Positions 7,944-16,862 of a DNA stretch of 64,000 nt are shown one piece after another. Within the stretch, counting starts at the first letter, position 1; each line of letters begins with the position of its first letter. The translations under genes and the position numbers were made by a program. The notes under the pieces are model-generated. The model did not search any database. It was not told where the DNA came from and saw only the letters and a program-made list of their open reading frames with translations. The DNA comes from Thermoguttaceae bacterium (GTDB taxonomy: Bacteria > Planctomycetota > Planctomycetia > Pirellulales > Thermoguttaceae): contig JAZQDP010000051.1 in assembly GCA_045546875.1 (NCBI GenBank), forward strand, positions 9,016-73,015, read 5' to 3'.

Positions 7944-9119
7944 TCAATACTCCATATCAGAAAAAGTTACCCCAGCGTCCGCCGCTCTTGACTTCCTCCG
8001 TCTCGCAGAAGCGAAGTCCTCGTCGTAATCGCCATTTACCAACCGTAGAAAAATATCCGGCTTCAGAAACTTTGTAGCCGTGATTTTCACTTTTCCAGAT
8101 ACAACGGCTCGCGCCGTCTTCAACTTCGCCAACCCTTCCTGGACAAATTGGATTCCATCTTTCCTTGGGCTGTGAACTTCAAACAATAGAGCTTCCAACT
8201 GTCGCGCATACACTCTCCCGTCGCATAGGTTGAATTGAGCCGCAAATTCATCGCAGAGGGCAAGGAACTCCGGAGAGTATGTTTGGTCATTCAATCTCCA
8301 ACTCTCAAAAATTGACCCGCTCTCGCTCGTCCTCGGAGACGTTTCAGAATCAGAGTTTAAGAACGCAGTAAATTCATCAACTTCAGCTGCCGACGACGTC
8401 GCCGCCGCCGTCGTTTCTTCGCGCGTGCGCGCAGTATTAATATTAATATTATTTATCGCGTCAGCGTCTCTCTCTTTTTTCTTTTCTTCTTTACTCTCTT
8501 TTTCTCTTTGAGAAACTTTCTCTTTTTCTCTCTTTTCTTCTGTTCTTTTTTCTCTCTCAAAACCGTCTAGCATTGCTAGCGTTTTTTCTTCATTTTCTCT
8601 AGCATTGCTAGCGTTTTTTGGCGATATTTCAGAATTTTCTCTAGCATTGCTAGAAGCATTCTCTAGCATTGCTAGGCTTTCCCCTTGATTTTCCTTAGCA
8701 ATGCTAGAATTTTCACCGTCTAGCATTGCTACAGCATTGCTAGCCGCGAGCTGTTTCTCCTTGAATTTTGCCGCTTTCCCAAGCCCTCCTTTTCGTCCGG
8801 CTTCCCGTCTTCTTTGACTGGCGTTCTCCAATTCTTCCAGTTGTTGTGTGAGCCGTTCTGAATGAAACGTCCCTTCTTCTTCATCGATTTCAAATAAACC
8901 AAAATCACAAACAACCCTCTGTAATACGCTCGGCTCTATTCTCATATCCCACGCCAACTGCGCGAAGTTCATCGGGAGAGTATGGGAATTTTCAGACGCA
9001 AGACGTTCAAGCAATATCCAATATGCTCCATAGCCCATCACTCCCAATTCTTGACGCAAGCCAATCATTTTGCTATCTAAATGAGCCGCAAAATCGTGCC
9101 ATATAAACAGCTTCGCCAT
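7944..9119 (-). CDS. replication organiser/initiator (DUF4373 Lin1244-like N-terminal domain)
   Basis: N-terminus FIWHDFAAHLDSKMIGLRQELGVMGYGAYWILLERL...GLFEID matches my recollection of the DUF4373 pattern. Low-complexity central linker. Sits upstream of the DnaC-like gene. Confidence 0.7.
   Translation of the reverse strand: MAKLFIWHDFAAHLDSKMIGLRQELGVMGYGAYWILLERLASENSHTLPMNFAQLAWDMRIEPSVLQRVVCDFGLFEIDEEEGTFHSERLTQQLEELENASQRRREAGRKGGLGKAAKFKEKQLAASNAVAMLDGENSSIAKENQGESLAMLENASSNARENSEISPKNASNARENEEKTLAMLDGFEREKRTEEKREKEKVSQREKESKEEKKKERDADAINNININTARTREETTAAATSSAAEVDEFTAFLNSDSETSPRTSESGSIFESWRLNDQTYSPEFLALCDEFAAQFNLCDGRVYARQLEALLFEVHSPRKDGIQFVQEGLAKLKTARAVVSGKVKITATKFLKPDIFLRLVNGDYDEDFASARRRKSRAADAGVTFSDMEY
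8567..8743. repeat. iteron array (CTAGCA-T-TGCTAG x7), probable phage origin inside the replication gene
   Basis: Perfect 13-mers at 8567, 8599, 8641 and 8663. Variants at 8695, 8720 and 8733. GCGCGCAGTAT (8427-8437) and the AT-rich ATTAATATTAATATTATTTA (8435-8454) lie alongside. Confidence 0.7.
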
Positions 9120-9122
9120 TCC

Positions 9123-9392
9123 TCATTCCCTCCCAATTCCATTTTCTTTGAAGGATATTGACAGCACTTCATCAAAGATAATGCCATAATATTTCTCAAG
9201 GCGCGCAATCGCCGATCGGAGCCGCTTCAACTCACCTTTGGTCATTCCAAACGTCTGGCAATATTCGTCGGTAACACGCTCAATTTCCGTCGCGTCTTTC
9301 GACGTTACAAGCTCTTTGATTCTTATCGCTTCGTTTGAAATTTTGATTACGTTCGCAACAATCCTTTTGCTTCGGTAAACCTTCGCAGCCAT
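9123..9392 (-). CDS. hypothetical phage protein
   Basis: 89-aa ORF with an ATG start, in the tightly packed operon. Confidence 0.5.
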   Translation of the reverse strand: MAAKVYRSKRIVANVIKISNEAIRIKELVTSKDATEIERVTDEYCQTFGMTKGELKRLRSAIARLEKYYGIIFDEVLSISFKENGIGRE

Positions 9393-9401
9393 TCTCCACT
9401 C

Positions 9402-9584
9402 CTAAAATAATTTCTGCTGAGGATACAGGATATTCTGCACCGCTTCGTCAACTTCCTTTTCCAGACGCTTTGAACGCTCCAACGCCGCTTTACTCCGCTG
9501 CTGGAAATACTCCTTCTGCGCCGCTCGCATCATTCTGACTTTGTGAATAAACTGTTCAAATTCCCCACTGGTCATTTCTTTCAT
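9402..9584 (-). CDS. hypothetical phage protein
   Basis: 60-aa ORF with an ATG start. Helical, charged composition. Confidence 0.4.
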   Translation of the reverse strand: MKEMTSGEFEQFIHKVRMMRAAQKEYFQQRSKAALERSKRLEKEVDEAVQNILYPQQKLF

Positions 9585-9630
9585 CTTTCAGTCTCCTGTC
9601 TTCAACTCTCACTTTCAGAACTGTTGATTC

Positions 9631-9975
9631 CTACTCCTTTTTCTTTTTCTTATCAGCAAGCCGTTTTGCCGCACTTTCAACCGCCGCCCGTATTCTCATT
9701 TTCCAGACCTGTGGAACGACCTCTTTTCGGATAAATTTCAAAAGCTCTTCGTCGCCATAATTGTGTGCGAAAATATCAATCTGTCGCAGCAGGTCAAACA
9801 TAAACGGGGCTTCTTTAATCAGGCGCATGTTCGCTTTCATGGCTTCGCCATAATCGTTATCTTCAATCGTTGCGTGTACATCTGCGATAATATCGCTTCC
9901 ACATCTCACGCGACACATCTGCTCTTCCGTTTCCCAATCCGCCCCATTTGAAAATAAATCTTTGTTATCCTTCAT
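9631..9975 (-). CDS. hypothetical phage protein
   Basis: 114-aa ORF with an ATG start. Confidence 0.5.
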   Translation of the reverse strand: MKDNKDLFSNGADWETEEQMCRVRCGSDIIADVHATIEDNDYGEAMKANMRLIKEAPFMFDLLRQIDIFAHNYGDEELLKFIRKEVVPQVWKMRIRAAVESAAKRLADKKKKKE

Positions 9976-10165
9976 TCGCTTTCTCCTTTATTGTTTCAAT
10001 GCTCTCAAGCTCAAAAGTTCCGAGCGATATTTCTTTAACGCCTCGCAATACCTCACAGTCGCGAGCTTCACTTTCAAATAGTTCCCGCGCTTCCTTTTCG
10101 TCGTCAGCAAGGTATATTATTTCTCCCTCCCCTCGGCAAGTGAAGCGGATTCTATAATACGGCAT
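9965..10165 (-). CDS. hypothetical phage protein
   Basis: 66-aa ORF with an ATG start, overlapping its neighbours. Confidence 0.4.
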   Translation of the reverse strand: MPYYRIRFTCRGEGEIIYLADDEKEARELFESEARDCEVLRGVKEISLGTFELESIETIKEKANEG

Positions 10166-10373
10166 TATTTCTTCCCCCTTCCCACTTGAACGTCATGCGC
10201 GAACACTGCTTGGCGTTTTCGATTATCAGGTCAATCATAATGCCGAGAGCTTCCGCAGATCGTCTGTCCTTTTCCTCTGAATCCCTGTAAACTTCAACGA
10301 GCCGAAGGAAATTTTTCATGTCCTCATTTTCAATCAGGTTTTTCACCGCAATGTTACAGACCAGCTCTTTCAT
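10152..10373 (-). CDS. hypothetical phage protein
   Basis: ATG at 10373 preceded by AGGAG, 10 nt after the upstream stop. Confidence 0.45.
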   Translation of the reverse strand: MKELVCNIAVKNLIENEDMKNFLRLVEVYRDSEEKDRRSAEALGIMIDLIIENAKQCSRMTFKWEGGRNNAVL

Positions 10374-10383
10374 TTTCTCACTC

Positions 10384-10755
10384 CTAAATACAGTCAATTT
10401 CTTCTTTCGCCAATTTTTCAAAAATCACTTCTGCAAAATAAGCCGCCGTGCCTGCCAGGAATTTTCTGTCAAGCTTATGAAGGGGACAGTCTCCTTCCCA
10501 TGTTGATTTTGTCAGGGCGTCAATAACGTTATCTTTGAAAGATTCTTTCGCCTGTGCCAGCGAGAGCGAAAAGTCCGGGACAACGTCAACAGCATGCGTG
10601 ATCGCATAGCTTTCTTTGGTTTCAAATCTGAAATAGACCGTCCCCATTTCTTCGCTGTAACGGATTGTTGTCTTCAATCCTTTTTTGCATTCAGAACGCA
10701 CCAATTTATGGTCTTTGATGTCATAATTTCCAACGAATTTAATTTTCAGTTCCAT
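10384..10755 (-). CDS. hypothetical phage protein
   Basis: ATG at 10755 preceded by AAGGGAG; the track start is a TTG. Confidence 0.5.
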   Translation of the reverse strand: MELKIKFVGNYDIKDHKLVRSECKKGLKTTIRYSEEMGTVYFRFETKESYAITHAVDVVPDFSLSLAQAKESFKDNVIDALTKSTWEGDCPLHKLDRKFLAGTAAYFAEVIFEKLAKEEIDCI

Positions 10756-11035
10756 TTTCAATCTCCCTTCCCAATCGAGTCATAAATGCGATCGCGTTTT
10801 CAATAGCCATTTCTCCGGAATCAAATTTACATCTTGAACATCTGATTTTTATGCTTCCTACCGACCTCACGCATACCGTATCAGGACGAAGGTAAAAAAC
10901 CAGCTTGGCTCCGCATGAAGGACAGGAACAGTAATTCTCAAGGTCATGGACTGCATCCCAATAATCTTCTTTTACTGAAAGATACTGTTCCCGTAGCTGA
11001 AGCACTTCTTTAAGTTTCTGTTTAAGGTCTGTCAT
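10739..11035 (-). CDS. zinc-ribbon protein, weakly Lar-like
   Basis: CSCPSCG...CSRCKF four-Cys ribbon with a coiled N-terminus. Confidence 0.4.
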   Translation of the reverse strand: MTDLKQKLKEVLQLREQYLSVKEDYWDAVHDLENYCSCPSCGAKLVFYLRPDTVCVRSVGSIKIRCSRCKFDSGEMAIENAIAFMTRLGREIENGTEN

Positions 11036-11261
11036 TCCTCCTCTCCTTCGTCAACCGTTCCAGAATCCAGCCCAACGTTCCGCACGGGTTTTCTTTTGTC
11101 AACTTGAAAACTTCAATAAGGGCGCAACCGACTTGAAATTCCAGGAAACTTTTAATATCGCAGTATTCAATATTGGCTTCACCGCTTATTAGTTTTTCAA
11201 CCATTGAACTCGCCAAGCGTAAATGGTCTTTCAGCTCTTTGAATCGTTTGTCGGACGTCAT
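11022..11261 (-). CDS. hypothetical phage protein
   Basis: 79-aa ORF with an ATG start. Confidence 0.45.
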   Translation of the reverse strand: MTSDKRFKELKDHLRLASSMVEKLISGEANIEYCDIKSFLEFQVGCALIEVFKLTKENPCGTLGWILERLTKERRNDRP

Positions 11262-11755
11262 TCCTCCACCTCCTTCGGTAAATGAAGTCTCGCCAATTCT
11301 TCTTCCTCACGGCGCGTTTTTCGGCAGTCTTCATTCCACGTGTCAACCGCTTCCCGCAACGTCGCTCCGCTTCGCCAATGGCAATCAGAGAACGGATTGC
11401 CTGAATTCGGACAGCCAATCCAGAACGGATGCACGTATGCTTCCCGGTGGACGAAAATTTCAGGAACCAGCCCACAATAAGGACAATGCTCCAACTCTAA
11501 TTCCTCAAACTCAATCGTTGTCTTTTGCGACTTCATTCTTCGCAAAATATTCGCGCTCACTATGTCCGCTCTGGTTTTGATTCCTGACGCGAGTTTTACA
11601 ACCGTATCAAAAACGAGTCGCGTTTCATCTTTGCATTGCATAATGTTGTGAGCGAGAGCCGTCAGCTTCAACGCGTCAGCATGAATTTCATCAAGCAGAT
11701 TAGGAACGAAGCCATCAACGTTGTACCGTTCTTCATTCTCCATTCTTTTCTCCAT
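11258..11755 (-). CDS. Lar-family-like zinc-ribbon protein with N-terminal extension
   Basis: LEHCPYCGLVPEIFV...IGCPNSGNPFSDC...REAVDTWNEDC resembles the Lar pattern (CPFCG...C..C...A..WN). TGATG overlap with the upstream gene. Confidence 0.5.
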   Translation of the reverse strand: MEKRMENEERYNVDGFVPNLLDEIHADALKLTALAHNIMQCKDETRLVFDTVVKLASGIKTRADIVSANILRRMKSQKTTIEFEELELEHCPYCGLVPEIFVHREAYVHPFWIGCPNSGNPFSDCHWRSGATLREAVDTWNEDCRKTRREEEELARLHLPKEVEE

Positions 11756-12144
11756 CAATCAAATTTATTCCCGATAATGTAAATGTTGTATGTTACTCCG
11801 GAGAAAACGTTATTTATAAGGTTTAACAACGGATATTTTCTCCCATCGATAGAAAAGAACCATTTCAATTGTTCATATATCACCTCCGCTTTACTAACCA
11901 AAACATGGTTATTGTCGTATGTACGGACGATTTTCAGATAGTCGTGCTCATAAATCAACTCGTCATCAGCATCTAATATTCCCGTACTTTGACAAAGTGT
12001 TTCTGTATCAATCTGAGATGGGTTGCCGTATCCATACGTACTGGAAAATCTCCATTCAAGCTGTCTTCCAGATTCGTCAAAATATGCGAATACCCAGGAA
12101 CCATTTTTGTTCTTTGCTTTGAAGCTGAATCTCAACAAATTCAT
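11755..12144 (-). CDS. YopX-like protein
   Basis: MNLLRFSFKAKNKNGSW...QSTGILDADDELIYEHDYLKI resembles the YopX motif (TGLKDKNGKEIYEGDI). Paralogue of 12141-12569. Confidence 0.55.
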   Translation of the reverse strand: MNLLRFSFKAKNKNGSWVFAYFDESGRQLEWRFSSTYGYGNPSQIDTETLCQSTGILDADDELIYEHDYLKIVRTYDNNHVLVSKAEVIYEQLKWFFSIDGRKYPLLNLINNVFSGVTYNIYIIGNKFD

Positions 12145-12569
12145 TCTGATTCCTCCTCGTCAAACCGATTCCCAATAACGAAAATTTTGATTTTCCCTTT
12201 TGCATAAAGTTCATCGAGTCCGAGGACTGACGGCTCAATCGTGATTCCGTCTTTCGCATAAATCTTCTGCGTCCATATCCAGCTATTGCAACAAATTTCC
12301 ACTTTCGGACAGATTGTTTCGCCTTTATAGCTTTCAATCCTGATGAAGTCATGCTCGTAAATCAGGTTTTTATCTGAATCACGGATTCCTGTACTTTGGC
12401 AGAACGTCTCCGGAATAATATCGGCAAACGAGCCTTGCCGGATATTGAATCGCGACCATTGGAAACCATAATTGCCAAGCATGTTTTTGTCGAACTCACC
12501 GTGAATCCAATATCCATTCGCATGTTTCGCTTTGAATCTGAATCGCAAATTATTCATTCTTTCTTTCAT
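12141..12569 (-). CDS. YopX-like protein
   Basis: NNLRFRFKAKHANGYW...QSTGIRDSDKNLIYEHDFIRI. Paralogue of the adjacent gene. Confidence 0.55.
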   Translation of the reverse strand: MKERMNNLRFRFKAKHANGYWIHGEFDKNMLGNYGFQWSRFNIRQGSFADIIPETFCQSTGIRDSDKNLIYEHDFIRIESYKGETICPKVEICCNSWIWTQKIYAKDGITIEPSVLGLDELYAKGKIKIFVIGNRFDEEESE

Positions 12570-12772
12570 TCTGATTCTCCAATAAGTTTGGGGTCATCTC
12601 CAACATTTACACTTTCGTTATGTTCACTTTTTCTTCTAGGTAAACCAAGCTTTCCTCTATGAAGCATTTTTTCCACAATCTTCATCGAATCCTCCGCGTT
12701 GTCAGCGGGGACGATTATTGTTCCGGCAATTGTGTAGTCGTAACTGACTTCCCACTTTTTCTTCTTCTTCAT
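12566..12772 (-). CDS. hypothetical phage protein
   Basis: 68-aa ORF with an ATG start, translationally coupled. Confidence 0.4.
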   Translation of the reverse strand: MKKKKKWEVSYDYTIAGTIIVPADNAEDSMKIVEKMLHRGKLGLPRRKSEHNESVNVGDDPKLIGESE

Positions 12773-13209
12773 TTTCCGTCCTCCATGATGGTACGAAACG
12801 CAACTTCATCATGAGTAACATCATTTCCATCTTCCAGAAGCTGTTCTTCATAGAGCGCAGAACTCGCATTGGCGATTGAATACGCATCCGCTAACGATTC
12901 GGCTTTTACCTCCACTTTTTTGCGGAGCGTCAAGCTCACCTCATATTTGTAGGTTTTTTTCGGTCGCGCTTTCTTCTTCGCTTCCTTCTTCAACCTCTCT
13001 TGCGCCGCGTAATGATTCCACCGTTCAACCGCTCTGCGAAGTGAACTGTCAGCGATCGCGCAACCGCACTTCATCGAATCATAATTCTGGCATTGAACAA
13101 CGTACGGGAATTTATATTTCGACGTCCGGCTTCGGACTAAAATAATGGCTTCTCCACCGCATTTAGGACAGGTCAGAATTATAATTCCCGCAAACTTAAT
13201 CAAGTTCAT
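12769..13209 (-). CDS. Lar-family-like zinc-ribbon protein with C-terminal extension
   Basis: LTCPKCGGEAIILV...VVQCQNYDSMKCGC...RRAVERWNHY. Confidence 0.55.
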   Translation of the reverse strand: MNLIKFAGIIILTCPKCGGEAIILVRSRTSKYKFPYVVQCQNYDSMKCGCAIADSSLRRAVERWNHYAAQERLKKEAKKKARPKKTYKYEVSLTLRKKVEVKAESLADAYSIANASSALYEEQLLEDGNDVTHDEVAFRTIMEDGK

Positions 13210-13453
13210 TCTTCTTCCTCACGTAATCAATCTTGGGAACGTTTGGGTCGTTCAGTTTTCTGATTTCATCAACACCATAATTCCAGGACTTGATTCCAGA
13301 CAACAAGTCGTAGGATTCTTCCTTCATACAACCGTTAGGACATTCAATCCGGTACGGCTTTCCCCACTTATTCACGCGTACAACGACGTCCGCTTCTGCG
13401 TGGCACTCGGGACAGGGTTTAATCTCAATATTTTCAAGTTTAAGATTCGTCAT
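13196..13453 (-). CDS. Lar-family-like (restriction alleviation type) zinc-ribbon protein
   Basis: IKPCPECHAEADVVV...YRIECPNGC...LLSGIKSWN. Confidence 0.55.
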   Translation of the reverse strand: MTNLKLENIEIKPCPECHAEADVVVRVNKWGKPYRIECPNGCMKEESYDLLSGIKSWNYGVDEIRKLNDPNVPKIDYVRKKNELD

Positions 13454-13498
13454 ATAAAACGCCGCCCCCGTTTCCGGGGACGGTTTGAAGTTGGTGTT

Positions 13499-14065
13499 CT
13501 ATTTCTGATATAAAGGTTCGGTAAACGCATTGAGTTTGTCCGCCAGATCGTTCAGCTTTTCTACTCCAAGACCGGGGATTTTCTCCCGGCTTCGCGGGTC
13601 TTGGTTCAAATATCGCCGAAGGTCTTCAACCGTCAAAATTTTGGCGTCCTGCAACTTGTCGTAAACACTCTCGGAAATTCCGATTTCAGAAACGGGGTAT
13701 TGGCTCAAATCAATCGCGGTCGCTTCTTCCTCTTTCCCCTTTTCAATTTCCTCTGGACTGAATCCGGGAAGCTCATTTCCAACGCCCGCAACTCCATTTT
13801 TAACCAGCGTAGCGAGGTTCTTTGATTCCATGTCAAAAACTTCTCGCAGTTCTCGCATTTCCTCTTTCGCCGCGGTTACTTTTCCAGACGCTTCAAGCCA
13901 CGCTCTTTCCGCTTCTTCAACAATCTTGACTTGCTTCTGCAGTCGATTATTGAACTTCCGCAGCTGTTCCAGTTCGACGACGTCGGTTTCTCCAAGCTCT
14001 GGCGTTCCTTCCAGAGTATTCTTCGGAACTTCTTCCAGAACAGGGTCTTTCTTACTTTTTGCCAT
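13499..14065 (-). CDS. acidic coiled-coil protein with C-terminal helix-hairpin-helix (RpoA alpha-CTD-like) region
   Basis: ATG at 14065 preceded by GGAGGA. C-terminus VSEIGISESVYDKLQDAKILTVEDL...IPGLGVEKLNDLADKL. Confidence 0.45.
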   Translation of the reverse strand: MAKSKKDPVLEEVPKNTLEGTPELGETDVVELEQLRKFNNRLQKQVKIVEEAERAWLEASGKVTAAKEEMRELREVFDMESKNLATLVKNGVAGVGNELPGFSPEEIEKGKEEEATAIDLSQYPVSEIGISESVYDKLQDAKILTVEDLRRYLNQDPRSREKIPGLGVEKLNDLADKLNAFTEPLYQK

Positions 14066-14076
14066 GTTATCCTCCA

Positions 14077-15039
14077 TCAAATCTTGATTCCATTACGCGC
14101 CGCAACTTCCTTGACAACCTTCTCAGCTTCCGGAAGCCATTCCGCCGCGAGTTTCCCGTCCTTGACGAAGTTTTTCAGCATCTGAATTGCGGACAGATAA
14201 TCGTCGCGGACGCTGCACCCATTTTGCGCCCATTCATCAATTTCTCGCATCTTCAATTCAAATTCAGATTCGGACGGCTCGGACGCAGACGTCTCGGATT
14301 TCGCTTCTTCAACTTCTTCACGAGCGAGTTTCTCCTTTACCGCCGCAATAATGCCGTCAGCAACCTTCTTTGTCTTGGGCTTCTCTTTACTCTTGACTTC
14401 AACAGTCTTTTCCTCAGCGGGGGGCGCAACCGGGGCATAACTGCCCTGGGGAGTAACTTCCAAATCGATGGTGTCTTCAACCTCTTCTGTGGTCTGCATC
14501 CCCATACTGATTTCCGGAGCGTACAACTTGATGAACTGGCTCGCCGCGCGGTATCGGAGCATAAGCTCCGGCATGGTCTGCCACTTTGAACCCTTTTTGT
14601 CGTACCAGCCTTCGGCCTTCGCAATCTTAATGGTTACAAGAGGCCCGGTCAATTTCTCACCCGTGCTCTTTTCAGTCGCCACCGCGCAACAACCCCAATC
14701 GTCCGTGCCCGGCTTGCCCGTCATCTCATACCGGAGCGAACTATACCGCCCTGTGTTGTTAAAACACGCAATCAGAAACTTGGACGAAAAGGACGGATTC
14801 CCATAAACGATGTACATGTTCTGCATGCACATGAGGGGATCGCAGCCCATTCTCATTGCCATGTTCACCGCGATAATACAGTTGCTCAAATTCCCCTTGA
14901 AAGAATCAGGAACGACAGTACTCTTGTTGAACAGCATTCCAACACGCTGCAGGAGTTCAAATCCCGCAACCGTAAAATACCCAATCTCGCTCGGCATTGC
15001 CGGAACTTGATTCTGTTGAATTGGTACAATTTCAGACAC
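14077..15039 (-). CDS. recT: RecT-family single-strand annealing protein
   Basis: GTG start preceded by AGGAGG. About 320 aa, directly downstream of the YqaJ-type exonuclease. Central region is RecT-like (GNPSFSSKFLIACFNNTGRYS...WQTMPELMLRYRAASQF). Confidence 0.65.
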   Translation of the reverse strand: MSEIVPIQQNQVPAMPSEIGYFTVAGFELLQRVGMLFNKSTVVPDSFKGNLSNCIIAVNMAMRMGCDPLMCMQNMYIVYGNPSFSSKFLIACFNNTGRYSSLRYEMTGKPGTDDWGCCAVATEKSTGEKLTGPLVTIKIAKAEGWYDKKGSKWQTMPELMLRYRAASQFIKLYAPEISMGMQTTEEVEDTIDLEVTPQGSYAPVAPPAEEKTVEVKSKEKPKTKKVADGIIAAVKEKLAREEVEEAKSETSASEPSESEFELKMREIDEWAQNGCSVRDDYLSAIQMLKNFVKDGKLAAEWLPEAEKVVKEVAARNGIKI

Positions 15040-15059
15040 TTCTTTGTCCTCCTTCTAAA

Positions 15060-16013
15060 CTAACGAATGCGAACAGGTCTTGTACTCTTACCTGTCCGTA
15101 AATACTTACTATAAACGTCCGGGAGTTCGTCCTTCAATCTCTCTGTATCAAGGCTCGTTCTCGGTTTGGTACTTTTACACGTGTAGAGAGTTGAACCATC
15201 TTTTTTCAGAACCGTGTCGCACACTCCAGCATAAAGCGTCAACTCTGTCCGGAGTTCCCTCTCTCTTTCCTGTAACCTGTCAATGGCTGTTCCCACTCTC
15301 TTGAGCTTTCCAACCATCTGGACGATTTCAGGCGTTGCGAACTTTGATTCCGCCTGTGAAGTTTCAACCATTCGCAGACGGTCAGCAGCGTTCACCGGAG
15401 CCGGCGGAATCTTCAATTCCACCGATTCCCAAAATTCCTTGTACGCCATAATCATGGCTTCCCACAAATCCGGAACCCCTTCAATCGGATAAACCTGAAT
15501 CGGCTCCCCACCTATTGAAACAACCAAATCGCAGATCGGATTCTCGGCTGGAATCAATCCCAATTCAACCGCAACAAGCATATAATGCTGGGTCTGTAGA
15601 TAATACTCAATCGGGACTTCCTCCGTGCCGGGTTCTCCCCAATCTTTGCAGAACGCCTGCGCCGTCTTCGCTTCAATCAACCTGTCGCCCGGTACAATGC
15701 CGTCAAGGTTCGCATGAATAAACGAATATTTCGGATGTTCCAGATTCTCCGCGCGCCGGACAACCCTTCCCGTCAGATTGGAATATTCCTGAATAATCTG
15801 TGGTTCTCTGATACGACCGCGGCGAAAATACTCGGAATCTTCGCTGGGAGCCGCTTTCCCGGTCTTCCTATCCCAAACATCAAGCGGAGTCGCCCAACGG
15901 CTATAGCCCAACACAGCCGCCGCTTCACTCCCCCCAATTCCAGACGCACGCTGGGTATGCCATTCCTGCGTTCTTTCCTCAATCTTTTGAGGCTCTGCAA
16001 TGATTTCTAACAT
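15060..16013 (-). CDS. YqaJ/lambda-Exo-type recombination exonuclease
   Basis: WHTQRASGIGGSEAAAVLGYSRWATPLDVW plus D...EAK (DGIVPGDRLIEAKT), typical of YqaJ viral recombinase exonucleases. Confidence 0.8.
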   Translation of the reverse strand: MLEIIAEPQKIEERTQEWHTQRASGIGGSEAAAVLGYSRWATPLDVWDRKTGKAAPSEDSEYFRRGRIREPQIIQEYSNLTGRVVRRAENLEHPKYSFIHANLDGIVPGDRLIEAKTAQAFCKDWGEPGTEEVPIEYYLQTQHYMLVAVELGLIPAENPICDLVVSIGGEPIQVYPIEGVPDLWEAMIMAYKEFWESVELKIPPAPVNAADRLRMVETSQAESKFATPEIVQMVGKLKRVGTAIDRLQERERELRTELTLYAGVCDTVLKKDGSTLYTCKSTKPRTSLDTERLKDELPDVYSKYLRTGKSTRPVRIR

Positions 16014-16015
16014 CT

Positions 16016-16288
16016 TTATTCCTCCTGGTCTTTTTTACATTCATCACAAATCGGATAGCCGTCCTCGTCTCTCTCAAATTCAACGTCCGGCGGCTGAATC
16101 GCACCACAATAAGCGCATTCAACTTCTTCTTCCTCGTCCTCCGGCGCGTCCTTGTCTTCCCACCACTCGCCCGTTCGCTTCATTTCCTCAATGGCAGCGG
16201 CAGACCAGCCATAATGGTGGAACGCCCACGTCTTCGGCCCTTCTCCATAGATTTCTTCATCACTCATGTCGTATTCTGGAAAGCGCAT
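16016..16288 (-). CDS. acidic zinc-ribbon protein
   Basis: CAYCG...ICDECK with a very acidic composition. Confidence 0.45.
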   Translation of the reverse strand: MRFPEYDMSDEEIYGEGPKTWAFHHYGWSAAAIEEMKRTGEWWEDKDAPEDEEEEVECAYCGAIQPPDVEFERDEDGYPICDECKKDQEE

Positions 16289-16292
16289 GATT

Positions 16293-16862
16293 TCATCTCC
16301 ATTCAGCCCAAACCGTCAGAAGCAGAGCTTCCGCACGGTCGGAATCCTTTTTTCTTCTAAGGTGTTGTTCCATGGCGGGAAACAATCTGATTGCTTCCAA
16401 ACGCGCCATTTCTTTCTTTTCCCCATAACTCAAAGAACTGTCCGTCAACCCTAACTTCCGCTTCCAGTCGCCCGGGCGCGGCGTATACGCGAACTCCAAA
16501 CCATTGACGTGGAACAGCGCGCGTATAACCCCAAAATTGTAGCCCTTCTTCCATGCGGTCTTGCTATTATCAAAATGGGCTTCTCGGACAGCATTGCTCG
16601 TGAACGCCATTCCCGCAGAATGTTCACAGACCACTATCGCTTCAGGACTGTTGAATCGGCTCCGGAACTCCTTCAATGAATCCAGAATCCTCACTAATCC
16701 ATCAATATCAATGTCTGTTTGGGACTTCCTGTTATTGCCGGAGACGGTCGTTGTGTCCTTCGTCGGTATGTCGTACAGCAACATCTGACTTCCATAACGG
16801 ACAGCGATCGCACCCGCCATTCCTGGGTCAATCCCGATGAACAATCTGTTAACGTTCTTCAT
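16293..16862 (-). CDS. RuvC-like Holliday junction resolvase
   Basis: N-terminal LFIGIDPGMAGAIAV (RuvC-fold GIDPG motif). C-terminal SDRAEALLL. Confidence 0.65.
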   Translation of the reverse strand: MKNVNRLFIGIDPGMAGAIAVRYGSQMLLYDIPTKDTTTVSGNNRKSQTDIDIDGLVRILDSLKEFRSRFNSPEAIVVCEHSAGMAFTSNAVREAHFDNSKTAWKKGYNFGVIRALFHVNGLEFAYTPRPGDWKRKLGLTDSSLSYGEKKEMARLEAIRLFPAMEQHLRRKKDSDRAEALLLTVWAEWR

